From Selaginella moellendorffii (lineage: Eukaryota; Plantae; Lycopodiophyta): a stretch of DNA of 64,000 bases. Made by a program: the position numbers and the translations under genes. Position 1 is the stretch's first letter, and the number at the start of each line of letters is the position of its first letter. Location: the NCBI RefSeq assembly GCF_000143415.4, contig NW_003314296.1:124001-188000 (forward strand), given 5' to 3'. The notes under the pieces are model-generated. The model saw only the letters and a program-made list of their open reading frames with translations, was not told the origin of the DNA and did not search any database. Positions 13,303 to 24,433 of this stretch are shown here, in pieces.

Positions 13303-14438
13303 ATGAGGCGGTGCGAGCAGCAGGCGGCATCATCGCCGGCGTCGTCCGAGTCTGATCAGATCGATCAGGAGCGGGATATCAACACAGAGCTCCTGGAGCT
13401 AAAGGCATTGCATATGCATCACAGAAGTATATATCTTTCTCTGGATCGTTTTGTTTTCGTTTTGCCGTCGTTGCAAGCACTGACTACCCATTTGTTCTTC
13501 TGCAAGGTCGCAGGAAACACATCGAAATCTCATCCGTGCCAGCGCCGCCAGCGCCGACAAGGCCTGCGCAGCAGCGGTGGCGGCCAAACAGTCAGCAGCT
13601 GGGCATCCTGGAGGAATTCTACGCGAAAGGGACGCCGCCATCGCAAGAAAACGTCACGGAGATAGCCGAGCTCATCGGCCACCACGGCCCGGTGGACGAA
13701 TCCAAAGTGTACTATTGGTTTCAGAACAAGAAGTCCCGCGAGAAACGCAAGCGGCGCCGCATCGAGGAGGCCAACGCCGCCTCTGGCGCCTCCGCCTCTT
13801 CTTCTCCCGCCGCCGCCAGTGCCACCGCCGCTTTCCAGCAGGATTTGTCCTCCTCCGCCCCTAGCGCTTCCGCTTCAGCTTCATCCGGTAAATCAATGAG
13901 CGATACTACTGCTCTCTCTCTCTCTCTCTCTCTTTCTTTCTCCATCTCTTTCGATCAATCCCATCGGTCTTTCATTTTCGTCCTCCTGGGTGCGAACAAA
14001 AAAAGAGAAGAACGAGAAAAATGAGAGTTTTCTTCTTCCTTGTTTCTTCTCGTCCTGATAGATAGATAGACAAGTCCCAGAGCGAGCAGTGCCGTATACT
14101 CCTAGCTAGACTGGACTGGGCAAGATCTTTGCTTCCTTTCTTTTCCTCTCCTAAACGGGCCAGCCATTTTTTTCTGTGCAGGGTCGGAGCAATTGCACCA
14201 TCCCGCCGCGCAGTCGTATGCTGCTGCCCAGATCGTGATTGACGGGGGCGTGGTTTCTATCATCGACGACAAATCGCCCTTCGATCTCGTGGGCCACTTT
14301 GGCGACGGCGCGGCGCTCTTCGATCCAGCGCTTGGGCGAATCGTTCCCACCAACGAGCGCGGCGTGACGCTGGAGCCTCTCGAGTCGCGGGCTTACACTC
14401 TCGTAAGGAAGACGAAGGAGGGATATGCCTTACCGTGA
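13303..14438 (+). CDS. WOX: WUSCHEL-related homeobox protein with WOX8/9/11/12-type C-terminal domain
   Basis: Probable exons 13303-13426, 13507-13887, ~14182-14438; homeodomain RWRPNSQQLGILEEFYAKGTPPSQENVTEIAELIGHHGPVDESKVYYWFQNKKSREKRK; C-terminal IVIDGG...PFDLVGHFGDGAALFD...VPTNERGVTLEPLESRAYTLV. Confidence 0.88.
13912..13940 (+). repeat. (CT)n microsatellite in WOX intron 2
   Basis: ctctctctctctctctctctctttctttc. Confidence 0.8.
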
Positions 14439-15349
14439 GCAAGGCATATTCCCTCCTTTAAAAAAGATTTGAACAGTATAGTAATGAGTTGGCGTTCTTC
14501 GTCTTCTAGGTGTGGCCGATTCCACTGGCGCACGAAGCCTCGCAGCTCGGGAGCTTCGCCAATTTGGAGGACCCCCCCTGGAGTTTGTAATGATCCAGTT
14601 CTTCCTCTTCCCAACTTGATCCAGATCTCGCGCATTCTTCCCAATTTGATCGATTTGATCCATCTCTTGCTTTGCTAGGCTGATTGATTTGTGTGTCCCA
14701 AGATCCACATTGAAAAAATAAAGAATTGTTGGTATGATATCTCTTTGCTTTTCTCAGAGATTTGGAATTCCTTCTCCTGGCAAATGCCAACATCCAAAAC
14801 CCATCGACAGGACGAAGACTAGGGCTTCATCATTCTTAATCATTCCCGTACGATACAGTAAACTGTACGAACGGTAATGCACACTTTACCTTCGGTAACA
14901 ACCACAGGTAAAAACCGTAAAAGCCAAGTCAAAATACATCGCAAAGTGCATGAACTCCCTACGTACGAAGTACTAGCAGTCAGTTCGAAAGATCAACCTT
15001 TGTATTTTTTTTTTCTCCAAGGAGAAGATCTATGAGTGTAGGAGCTTTGAATCCAATCGCGTACCTCTCACAGGCTCTTTTACTGCTCCTTCTCTAGTTT
15101 GTACTCTCGCAAGCTCGATTTGAGAGGAAACCACTTCCATCCAGCGGACGATCCAAAGCCCAAGAAGTAGAAATTCTCGAGCTTCTTTTCCACTTGAATG
15201 CGAGTACATACGGAAGCGAAGGCCGCTACCTCTGCGATTTGCACGACAGGAACTTGAGCGAAACTGGCTACGTAGCTAAAAACACAAGAGTACTTACGTG
15301 CATTGCTTGTCTCCTTTCACTGCCTTGGCCATGGACGAGATTTGGGACT

Positions 15350-16860
15350 TTAGACCGAAGCCTTACACACCGGACAGTTTGCACGCCGTTGGAGCCAAGT
15401 ATCAATGCACTGCAAGCCAAGCAGACACTGGTCAGATAACGAGGCGAAAGAGATGGATGGACCAGCGTCTCTTTTACCTCTTTATGGAAGCCATGCAAGC
15501 ATGGGAGGCGGCGGATCTCCTCTCCGCCTACTGGAACCTCGAGGCAAATCGAGCATGGCTCGCTTTTATCCGTTTCCTGTCGATCCTTGTCCGTAAGAAA
15601 CTAGAAAATGGAAACAAAGGCAAAAGGAAGCTAGATAATCATACCACTGCCTCCGAAACTGGAAGAGCGTCAATCCGGGCCTGAGAAGCTCCCCGCTGTT
15701 TTACACCTTCGTCCAAAGCTAAAAGTGTTTCGTAATCATTCCTGCCGCAGCGAGAAAAGGCAAAAAGTCTCCAGTCAAGATCACGGAAGCTTTCACGGAA
15801 AACACAGAAGCTTACTCGTTGAAGTCGCGGTCAACATAAGCCAATTGCATGGCAAGGGGTATACTCCTACGCAGCATAGCTCCAAATTCATTCAAGCGCT
15901 GGTCGAAAAGAAAGAAAGATAAGTATGCAACCAAACTTGTAGAACTCGTGAAAAAAGCATACCTCTTCTAAACCGCGGAATCTGCCTGGCAGTCCGCTAC
16001 GCTGCCTGTTCTCCAACGCCTGCTGGATCCTCGCATGCACCGATTCAAGCCGCCTGTAATACAACCGCTCAGCATTTCCATGGCCCATAGCGTGACGAAG
16101 CTGCTGGCGCTGTTCTTGCTCTTGCAAACTCCTAGCCAAATTAGCATCTCTCTGCTTCAGAAAAGAACAAAAGACATGAACTCTAGACAGAAAAGCAAAA
16201 GGAAAGAAAAGTTCTACGTACCCCGGCAGTGGAGAACTCCTCTTGCAGCTCTCTCGCAAGCCTCTCGTCTTCACTCACCTGTAAAGCTCGCGCCTCCACC
16301 TCCACAACACTATCCACATCAATCGGCCTCACCACACCTCTATCACCCGGTGCTTGAAACTGCCTTGGTCCTCTACCCCAAGTTGCTGCTCCATGAGCTC
16401 TTCCTCTTCCAAGTCTTCCAGCCGCAAGAGTTACAGCAGCTGGAGAGCCAGCTGGAGAGCCATCAGCCCTCAAGCTCCTTTGTCGCTTCGGCAAAGGTTG
16501 ACTAGAACCCTCCCCGTCAAGGAAAGAATGAGAAGCTCCTCCTATCCCTGGGGAACCAACCTCGGCTTCCAGATCGATAATCTCCGGCCCTGCTGCGAGG
16601 CCAGCCCCACCCCCTAAAACAATCGGCGATTGAGCCGAGCCCGATGCTCCAGCCCCAGCGCTAGATCGCCTGTAGCGAGCTGTCGGCCTCACACCCATGA
16701 TCGCCACTTTTCGATCCATCCTCGCAAACCGACTTGGAAGAGAACCTGCTGGGACCAATTCCTCTGGCGCTGCCCCGCGGCGCTCTAGATTCCGCTTCAA
16801 TCCAGCGCCGCCGCTGGCGCCCCCGCCACAGTCTCCGGACGCTTCGCATGGAGGGCACAT
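15350..16860 (-). CDS. RING-H2 E3 ubiquitin ligase, SDIR1-like C-terminus; start uncertain (ATG 16860 or 16719)
   Basis: Spliced minus-strand reading: [88 protein letters not shown]-stop (15350). Confidence 0.85.
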
Positions 16861-17174
16861 ATTTCTGCGCGATCGATCGGGAAAAGAAATTCGCAAGACC
16901 GGAAGAGATCCTACCTTTGCGCCCTCGCCATCGCCAAAACAATTACCCTAAACTCTGGCCATGGCTATCGTGGCCTTTATATACATATGTGTATGGAAAG
17001 AGCTTGGCCACGTGGCGCTGCCAGGGCCGTGCGATGCGCCTATCGAACGGGAATCGAACCAAGATACTATTGCCCTAAAATTCAAAAACGCGCGACGTTA
17101 CTAGTTTAAAAATCTTCCAACCTCATTAAGAGCAAATCACTATCACTAATCTACAAAAAAAAGAAAATAAAAAC

Positions 17175-17715
17175 AGATATTTTAGAACGAGTGCAGTAAA
17201 AAATCCGAGAAGCTACTTACTTTGGAGATTAAAAGCACCATTTAATCACGTTCGAGTGGAAGCCATGGTTTCATTCGAGTCACTAAAAAAAACACACGCA
17301 CATGTTTTAGAACTTTTAGAACGATGCTACTTACCTTGGAGATTAAAGGCACCATTTAATCCATAAAAATACATACACACATTTTTAGGACGAGTATAGA
17401 AGCTACTTACCCTGGAGATTAAAAGCACCATTTAATCACATTCGCCAGTGGAAGCCATGGTTTCCCAGTGTGATTCATGTGATAATGCCTGAAACAGAAG
17501 AACTGTTTTTAGAACAATAAAATCCGAGTAAGAAATCAGAACCTTGGAGATTAAAAGCACCATAAGCGAGTATTCACGAGTCGAAGCGATGGTTTCACTC
17601 GAGTCACTAGTGCGATAATGCCTAGAATTTGCAGATAAGAAAACACATCTTTTACACCAACAGTAAAAAATCCGAAGGGAACTAGAAGCTACTTACCTTG
17701 GAGACTTACCATTTC
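17175..17715 (+). repeat. Imperfect tandem array (~5 units, 75-145 bp) with conserved core AGCTACTTACCTTGGAGATTAAAAGCACCATTTAATC
   Basis: Core recurs at ~17210, ~17326, ~17401, ~17541 (partial) and ~17686 (partial) upstream of the first CYP78A copy. Confidence 0.8.
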
Positions 17716-17877
17716 GAGCGTTCCCCTTCTCGGCCAATAGTTTCTCCAGACATGCAGCTATGGATAATCTTGCTGTTGCCAGTATAAAAAGCGATGCCAC
17801 CACCGCAACCAAGAGCACTGCCTGTCTCGAGCTCTTTCTCTTGGTCCAAAGTGTCGCGCTTGTCTCGCTTCTCGATC

Positions 17878-19518
17878 ATGGACTCGTCCTCTGGGGTCGA
17901 CTGGTGGATTCTTACTCTGCCTTTTCTCTCGCGCCATCTCTCCGCGGATGCATGGAGATTCATCGCTGCTGCTGTGGCCGTGCTCGTTCTAGCGGCTGTC
18001 TCGGTGATCCTGGCGGCTTGTTCCCGGTGGCAATGCATGGGGGAGAACGCTGAGGAAGAAGCAGACGATCCCAGGACCCCGAGGATGGCCAGTGTTTGGA
18101 GTCCTGACGGATATGGGAGGCCAAGCTCACCGAAAGTTGGCCAAGCTTGCCGAGAAGTACCATGCGAAGGAGCTCATGGCCTTCAGTCTGGGTAACACGA
18201 GGATGATCATCACCAGCAAGCCGGAAGTGGCACGAGAGCTGCTCAACAGCTCCGAGTTTGCGGACAGGCCTCTCAAGCAGTCGGCTCAGCAACTCCTGTT
18301 TGGACGAGCAATCGGCTTTGCTCCCTATGGAGATTACTGGCGTAACTTGCGAAGGATCGCCTCCAACTATCTCTTCTCTCCACGCCAGATTGCTGCTCAC
18401 GAACCATCTCGTCAGGAGGAGACGAGCAGGATGATCAAAGCGATGAGTACCTTTGCAGCGGAAAACCATGGCCTTGTCCGAGTCCGGGACTTTCTCCAGC
18501 GAGCTTCGCTTAACAAACATCATGCAGACGGTGGTGTTTGGGAGAAGATTCGAGGATGGATCCGAGGACGCTGCTAAGCTCACGGAGATGGTGAGGCAAG
18601 GCTTCGAGCTGCTGGGTGCGTTCAACTGGGCCGATCACTTGCCAGCTCTAAAGGCAGTCGATCCCCAGAACATCCTCCAACGCTGTGCCGTGCTGGTTCC
18701 TCGGGTGACAAGCTTTGTCCAGAAGATTATTGATGATCATCGGCAACAGGATAGTAAAGCTGCACAGCCCGACTTTGTGGATGTGCTGCTCTCGCTGGAT
18801 GGCGAGGACAAGCTCGACGACGCCGACATGATCGCAGTTCTCTAGGTAAAAAACGAGGATGTTTTTACAACTGCTTCTAGCCTATCTAACGACTTACGTT
18901 GTTTTCCATGCTGTCTTCACAGGAGATGATTTTCCGAGGCACTGACACCGTTGCACTCCTCACCGAATGGATTCTCGCGGAGCTCGTCCTCCATCCTGAA
19001 ATCCAGAGCAAGTTGCGTGAGGAGATCGCTAGCGTAGTTGGAGGAAAATCCGAAGTTCCCGAGTCTGACCTCCACAAGATGGTGTACCTCCAAGCCATTG
19101 TAGCCATCTTCGGATGCATCCTCCGGGTCCCTTGCTCTCTTGGGCTCGGCTTGCGATTCACGACGTAACCTTGGCCGGTCACCACGTCCCTGCAGGCACC
19201 ACGGCCATGGTAAACATGTGGTCCATCACTCATGATCCTTCCATCTGGTCCGAGCCTGAGAAATTCAGCCCGGAGAGATTTCTTGAGCAGGACATCGACG
19301 TCAAAGGAAGCGACTTACGTCTCGCTCCATTCGGAGCTGGTCGTCGGGTGTGTCCCGGACGAGCTGTCGGCCTTGCGACTGTTCTCCTCTGGACGGCTCG
19401 ATTGGTTCAACAGTTCGAGTTCCAGGCAGACTCGCTCCATCCCGTGGATCTCACTGAGGTTCTCAAGCTGTCCAGCGAAATGGCTGCACCACTTGTCTGC
19501 ACAGCAAAGTTGCTATAA
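17878..19518 (+). pseudogene. CYP78A: Cytochrome P450 CYP78A (KLUH-like) pseudogene
   Basis: [59 protein letters not shown]. Relative to the paralog at 41844: frameshifts near 18015 and 18515, TGG>TAG stop at 18843-18845, deletion destroying KETLR (EXXR) near 19100. Confidence 0.9.
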
Positions 19519-21049
19519 GAGTGAAGAGCAAAGAAGCTCTTACAATAAAACGGCGCCACTATAGTTCTCTTTTTCAAAGGCAACACTCGTTAGTACTTTG
19601 CTGCTTGCTCTGTTTTCTAAGGCTCTCAAATGAGCTTTCTTTGAGAGTTCAGCCAAGATTTTTTTCTTTTCCATGGACACATCCACACAAATCGACACGA
19701 CCTCTGTATAAGAAAGGCCTGAGTGAGCTCGAAAGTATCTGACGTTTTCGTCTCGTTACCTTTTTCTCAGTATGCCGAAATGATAAGAGGTTGCACGAAA
19801 TAAAACTGCCAAACAATCGAGGGAAGCTGTGCCACAGATACGTTAATACGAAGGGGCCATTCGACACCTGTGCCTGCGTGCGTACTTCCTGCAAGAAGGT
19901 TTGCTGTTATTCATCCATCCTCTCACGCAAAGCTATTGATGCCATATAACAATAACTACAATCACAAACTTTCATTTTCCATTTGCCTCCTCTTCGGACA
20001 TGCTTGCTATGATTTTCAAGATCACAGCGCTCCTGGAAGTCCTGGAAAGAAGCTACATTTGGTGGACTCCTCGGTCCGGCAGTCAATCGAGCTGTGACGA
20101 AGGATGATTTCTAGCCCTAGAAGGAATATGATTCACGCAGGGAAAAGTTCAAATAAAAACAAAACAAAGAAAAAGAATACCAAGAAACCATAGCTTTTGC
20201 AAAAATTGGAGTTCCTCACTGTTGCGGGAGAGAACACTAGAGAGCTCCTCATTGTTCTCACGGGAGATAACGCTCGTCAAAATCTTCCCAGGTGGATCTT
20301 AGTTCTCCAAAAAGCATTCAAGTTTTCTTCCATCCATGGCAGCATATCTAGGGGACAGATTGAAGCGTCTGCCGAGAAGATCAACGTCACACAGATGGTA
20401 AGCTAGCTGCAAGAAGCGTTTTTTCCCTTTGTTTTTTCTCTTTCAAACCATGAAAATACGACGCAGATATGCGTTCAAACCTTCCACCTCTAATGCCGAT
20501 TTCGAGGATGAATTCTCGGCGGCTCCTGCCGAAACTCCAATTCCAGAGTGCAATCTCCAAAAGAGACTCAGTGTTCCTCATGCAACAATCCCTGCAAGAA
20601 ACCGGCAACTAGAATTACTATATATTAGATGAATACAAGGATATTCCATCAGCTTTAGGTGGAGTATATTTAGGAGGAAATCTTATTCTCACCGCAAAAG
20701 AAAAAAGAGTGGTTGATAACTATATTCTATCTCACAGTAAGGCAATCAAAAGGGCATGTTAGTTATTCTAGAAATTCTATTATTAAAGATGGTTCTAAAG
20801 CAATCTCCATTCATCCCATTTTAGCCAACCAATAAGAGGAATTACAATTTCATGTTGAATCCAAGAAATCCATCAACTCTTCACCTAATTCTTTATTGAG
20901 AGTTATGGAAGAAGATTTGAACTTTGGAGGTTAAACATTGATGAAGAGTTACAGGCACATGCCTGTACCAACATGTGGAGAAAAGAGGACAGGATATTTT
21001 TGTGAACTTTTAATACTCAGATTGAAATTATTATTTTCCATCTTTCTAA

Positions 21050-21230
<181 letters not shown>

Positions 21231-21641
21231 GTTCCATTAATGTTTCACTATATAAATTTTTATATGGTCATGATTCAATATTATGAACAAATTTGAGTTT
21301 ATTTTTGTAATTGCCAGAAGTGGCTAATGCTAAGTTACGGGATCAATATTTGACAAACATTCTTTCAATTGTTTTAAAATAGTCTATTAAGCATTCAATC
21401 TGTGTACAAGTGAGACAATAACAACACTCTCATTATCATCCACCTATAGAATACTTTATCAAAGTATTATATGTATGAATTCACTTAAGGTCTCACAACA
21501 TTGGGGAAGGCATGCCTTTCCTAAAGAAAACCCAAGAGAAACTTTTGGTTTCTCAATAGGAAGTAAATTCTCCTCCTGAGGGACTGATATTCTCTTCAAT
21601 AGTGGATATATTGTGGGAGGGTGAAGCACGTCCACTTAGCT

Positions 21642-22218
21642 ATGGTGGACAGTGTGGAGGAAGGTGTTGTGGAGAGGATCTTGAGCTTTGTGGACCTGGC
21701 CACACTGTCGAGTTGCTCTGGCATTTGCAAGTCATGGAACTCCATTATCAACTCTCACACCTTTTGCCACCTGTGGTGCTGCAACGCTGGTGTCATAGTG
21801 GCCCCCCGGATCATGACAAACTCCTTCAATCACAAGCGCTGCTACACCTTTGGTGCCAGGCAGGAGCTAAAGCTACCCCCAGCCGATGAAGCCCTTTGGT
21901 TCACTGAAGTTGTGGTCTCTGCTGGCGGCCTTGTATGCATACTTTGCGCATGCTTGGGCCAAAGTTTTGTACAGGCGCTCGAGTACCATTTCCTAGTCGG
22001 CAATCCACTCACCAGGGAGTGGCAGAGATACTAGTGCTGCGGTGGCCATGCATGAAGAAACAGATATATTTGAAGATATCTGTGGCTTTGCAATGTTGGT
22101 AGACGATGCCAGTGGTTTCTTCAAGCTGGGAGCTGTGGTTGGCAGCATGGGCCACACTGGGTCTGTATACGACTCAGGCACTCGAGCATGGTCAAGCGCG
22201 CCTCAAAGCGAGGGCTGA
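21642..22218 (+). pseudogene. F-box protein with F-box-associated domain, disrupted
   Basis: VEEGVVERILSFVDLATLSSCSGICKSWNSII F-box motif; SAGGLVC, FLVGNPLTREW; stop at 22034 with homology continuing in another frame (FKLGAV..SVYDSGTRAWS). Confidence 0.6.
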
Positions 22219-22929
22219 TCAGATGGGTGGAGCTCCTCAACATGAACCTTTAGAGCTCCAGGAGACGCTGTTGATTTTAGGGAGCTCGATTCGCCACATC
22301 TTTTGTACGAAAGAGATTCTGGGCTGGTTGTTCCGGATTAAAACTCTTGCAGGAAGAAAAGAGCAGGAAGACAAGTTCAAAACCAGTTCTTACAAACTTC
22401 CATCTCAGGAAAACAGGAAAGCAAAGCAAAGAAGAAAAGCAAAAGGAGAGAAGAGGCACGGACTTATATGTATCAAAGGCAGGAGACGAGAAGCAGTGTG
22501 TTGTGCGCGAAGAAATCCGCAACGGAAGACGATCACCACCACAACGAGAGTTTGAGAAAGATCTGAGTGCTTAGGATTCCATAAGCTTTGCAAATGAACG
22601 CTTCAAGCATCCCAAGTGGCTGAGACTTGCAACTGATATAATAAGTGATCAGAATATTCATGGAATAGATAATTATTGCTAAGCGAGGAACTGGGTTTAG
22701 GGTTAAAGTCTGGGCGCTTTATTTAATGGCTATAATGGCCGTGAGCTTATCAAACGCTGCTTTGAGCCTCTCGGCGAGCAAAGCACTCTCGAGAATTAGC
22801 CAAGGTGTCAAGGGTCTTGTCCGGGTCATTGACTTCACGGCAAGAAAGAAAAGAGCAGCTCATCCAAAGGTTGATTTTTAATTTATTTTTTACTAATTCC
22901 GGGCTGCTACTCATTGTTAGGGCTAGGCC

Positions 22930-24433
22930 ATGGAGGAGGCTGCGAATGCGGCGCTCAAGAAGCTAGATGGTCGGTATGTTTCTCCGACGACCTTAAAAGG
23001 TATGATTTCTGAAGCCCATCCCACGCCACCGATGGAGGTGGTAGCATATCATCTACAGCAGGTTTCCACTCAACCCCCGTTGAACGAGATATGCATGCTG
23101 GATGATTTCGCGATTGAGGACTGGCCATCGTTCAGCAACGACAAGATCCTGTGGTTTGCATCTCTACAGGACCCACCTTTCCCACCAAAAGTTCGAAGTC
23201 CACTCTATACCGAGTTTAGACCTTACCTCTTTCATGCTACAAAGAGAATCTACGAAAGCAAAGTTTGGCGGCAGCAGCAGCAGCGGGATCCGTTGGAATT
23301 GAACTTTCATTATGGCAGTGGTGAAGGATCTTGTGTTGGTTCTCCTGATATGGTGATCACAGACTCTTCAAATGACGAGACTTTGGTCGTCGGGGTGATG
23401 GCCATGGATCCAACCGGCCGGCCCGCGCTTGCGAGGCTGTATTCCTATCTCCTTCTCACCGATTGCTCGTTCGGGGTGGTGTCATCCTACATGCGGACTG
23501 CTTGTTGCAAAAGGGTGGGCAGTCGTCTGCTTGTGTCCCAAGGTCTTTCTCACGTGGAATCTCCCATGATGGGAATCGGTTTTATGCTTGCGGAGGCTCT
23601 GCAAAATAAGAAGCACAAACCTGCGCTTCCACTTAGAAGCCTACACCTTAGCTACGCAAAAGCTGTTTTTGAGGAATGCTGTCGAGTACAGCAAGTCAGG
23701 TCGGTGGGACAGATGGTTTCAGGTCTTGGAGCGCTCGACATTGATGATGTTCGGGAATTGAGGTTTGTGTGCAGTGGCTTTGAAGGTCTCACTAGCGTCG
23801 TCCGTGGTTTGTACAAAGGGAGGACAATAGTTGTCAAAGCCAAAGATCTTTCAGGTGCGCTTTTATCACGTCAGTAATGTCATTTCCTTGGTTGCAGCTC
23901 TGCAGAGCAATGGCGAAAGCATGAGCTACTCGCTTGGTAAAAGCGTGAGGGAACTGGACGTGTACATGAGGCTCCACAGGGTTCAAGGCATATGCATCCC
24001 GAGGCTGCTGTCTTATGGGTTCATCCGCGGGGGAATGATCTTCTACGTAATAATGTCCGATGAAGGCCAAGCTGCTGGAGTCGAGGATTGGACTCCGAGC
24101 AATACGGGAGAAGTGCGAGCAGTCGTGTCCCAGGCCCGGAAGGCGCTCTTGGCATTTCATGACCGCGGAGTTGTCTACAACGGGCTTCATGACCTCAAGA
24201 ACATCGTCGTTACCGTAGAAGGTGGCCAGCCGCGTGCTAAACTGGTCGGGTTCGGCAATGCCATTGTCGGCAGAGATCGGAGAACATGTCGCGCCATGGA
24301 CGAAGACTTGATGCAGCTTAAGGAGTGTGAGGAGTTTCTACAAGAGATATGTGCAACTTTTGGTGGCAGGAGGAGACGCGAGAGGACGAGAACAATCAGG
24401 CGCGTTTCCGTTTCGGACTCGGATTCAGACTAG
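22930..24433 (+). CDS. Crinkler-type inactive REase + pseudokinase protein (2 exons)
   Basis: Exon 1 22930-23854, 43-nt GT-AG intron, exon 2 23898-24433 in phase; REase-like GSPDMVI..VVGVMA..ALARLYSYLLLTDCSFGVVSSY; kinase-like IVVK, ELDVYMRLHRVQGICIPRLLSYG, ALLAFHDRGVVYNG..NIVV, KLVGFG. Confidence 0.65.

Noticed and set aside
17401-17416. ACTTACC(C/T)TGG resembling the U1 snRNA 5' end
   Set aside because: Downstream sequence has no U1 stem-loops or Sm site.
17175-17715. CRISPR-like repeat/spacer appearance
   Set aside because: Eukaryotic context, spacers are homologous to each other and of unequal length, no cas genes; it is a degenerate tandem repeat.
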